A stretch of 64,000 nt of DNA from Epiperipatus broadwayi (taxonomy: Eukaryota > Animalia > Onychophora), in contig JAQFVV010000001.1 in assembly GCA_028023455.1 (NCBI GenBank), positions 2,294,001-2,358,000 of the forward strand, written 5' to 3'. How positions within the stretch are numbered: the stretch's first letter is position 1; the number at the start of each line of letters is the position of its first letter. The translations under genes and the position numbers were made by a program. The notes under the pieces were generated by a model, which had not been told where the DNA came from, made no database searches, and was given only the letters and a program-made list of their open reading frames with translations. This document shows, piece after piece, positions 62,450-64,000 of the stretch.

Positions 62450-64000
62450 TCTTATATCATCTGAACTTGAGAGGTGAGTGATTTGTTAATATCATTTTTT
62501 TTACAGTAAAAAAAAAAAAAATCAAAATTTTAATGCATATTATTTTATTACTCAAAATTTTTATTATGAAGTTCTGGTAATAAATGAAAAACTATCTCTT
62601 TTTTTGTGTGCAGATGGAAGCAATGCATTTTAAAGAAAAAATAATATAGATCATTTTAGAAATTTAACCATTACTTTCATTAGTAAGTACTTTGATTTTA
62701 TTCTTAAAATGTGGTCAATTTAAATTTCATTGCTTCTGTGATAAGGCAGTCCTAATATGCAATATATAAATGACAAAATAACAAAATTCAAAAGATTATT
62801 ATTAAAATAGACTTTAGTCTAAATAAAGGACATGTATCAATTACTACATTGTAATCTATAGTTTTCTTTTTTTTAATACTGCTTGTAAAACTCGTGACTA
62901 ATGATTTTGAGTAAAGTTTAATTCATAACTAAATTAGAGTATGTATATCTATTATTTTCCTGCTTTGTTTCAGGAATTTAATAAATATGAAAATTAAATA
63001 ATATTCATATATAATTTAATATTAAATTAATTAATGTTTCAAAGAAACTTATTGATCAATAAAAGTTACACTACACATTTTGTACCACATACTTATGTCA
63101 GTGTAAGAAAATGATAATTAGATTTATAAAGTAAGACATGTGATTCATGTAACCAGATTTACATCATACTTTTAAATATAGTTATTACAAGAAATTTTTT
63201 AATGATAAATTACAAACATTCAATCTTTTATAACATTTCATTGAAGATTTGTCGTATCATGTTAAATAGTTGAACAATACCACATTAAGCACTTGGAAAG
63301 ACATTTGTTGATCCCTTTCATATATTTGTATGTAGCTTATTCCAAAAAGTGTTTGGATGTTTTCTGAAATTGTTATTACACATAAATGTATTATGCATAA
63401 ATGAACATTTGATGGACCATAATGAATAAAGAATGTAGATACTCATGAATTAAAGAAAATTTCCATAATAAATATTTGAAAGAGATTGAATGTAAAATTT
63501 AATGTGTTAATTGCTACCTATATTCAGTCAAAATTATGGCAATTAAAGAAATACATGAGATTGTATTTCAATCTTTTCATGACAAAGTTAGCACTAGGTT
63601 TGGACATTGATATATTGTTTTTTATATTTTTAGAAATGTAAGGTGTGTAATGACTCTAAGTTTAATTCAATAAGAAAGTAAAAAATATTGAAATTTTATA
63701 AATTTATATATATATATACACATACAATGTATAAAATCACTAAAATGTCTCATGATTCTGCCCATATGATGATAGTGATGTTAGTGTTTAAATAATAAAA
63801 TACAATAAAATGTTTAGATACTGAATTGGGTTCAGATCTACATGACTGTACAAGTGAATGATCTTGGAGTGATTTATTGTATTTTTTATCTTGGGCCTCT
63901 AGCTTTACAGTTAACTAAATAGGTAAAATGTGGATACTAGAGGGTTGCATTAGATCCTAAGATCTAGGTGCAGTCTTCTCATATCCAAGACTCCTCACTG

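Noticed and set aside
62039-62464. 141-aa ORF (longest in the track) as a gene
   Set aside because: It lies within the 520-bp hAT element. Only the KKCKIG...LLCHE part is real transposase remnant; the rest reads through subterminal repeats.
1-64000. Prokaryotic features (operons, CRISPR arrays, rRNA) and the remaining short hydrophobic ORFs
   Set aside because: There are no regularly spaced repeat-spacer units or rRNA similarity. The F/I/L/K/Y-rich short ORFs reflect AT-rich composition.

Overview
This is very AT-rich (roughly three-quarters A+T by eye) eukaryotic DNA. It looks like intronic or intergenic sequence of an invertebrate animal with CpG methylation; the species cannot be determined from the sequence. 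No host protein-coding gene could be identified with confidence. The only candidate is one weak minus-strand signal-peptide exon at ~27.4 kb. Most ORFs in the supplied track are chance ORFs or fragments of dead transposons. Explained content is mobile-element debris: a Charlie/Buster hAT transposase remnant (1.7-3.7 kb); several old LINE fragments (RTE-like and Jockey/I-like); a nearly full-length decayed LINE (13.1-17.8 kb; ORF1 PHD + SGNH esterase, ORF2 APE-RT-CCHC) with an (AT)40 expansion next to its RT catalytic motif; two tRNA-Gly-derived copies; a probable solo LTR; a Tigger/pogo derivative with a nested hAT MITE; and a young SPIN-like hAT element with a perfect 8-bp TSD. The most interesting signal is a set of type I hammerhead-ribozyme motifs from three sequence families at 4.4-4.5, 10.4/11.0, 44.1 and 56.3/56.6 kb. 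Three of these four loci are back-to-back (divergent) inverted pairs or arrays, as expected for Penelope-like pseudo-LTRs or retrozymes. Complementary CpG decay across copies lets an intact ancestral ribozyme be reconstructed. Coordinates of old remnants are approximate (tens of bp).
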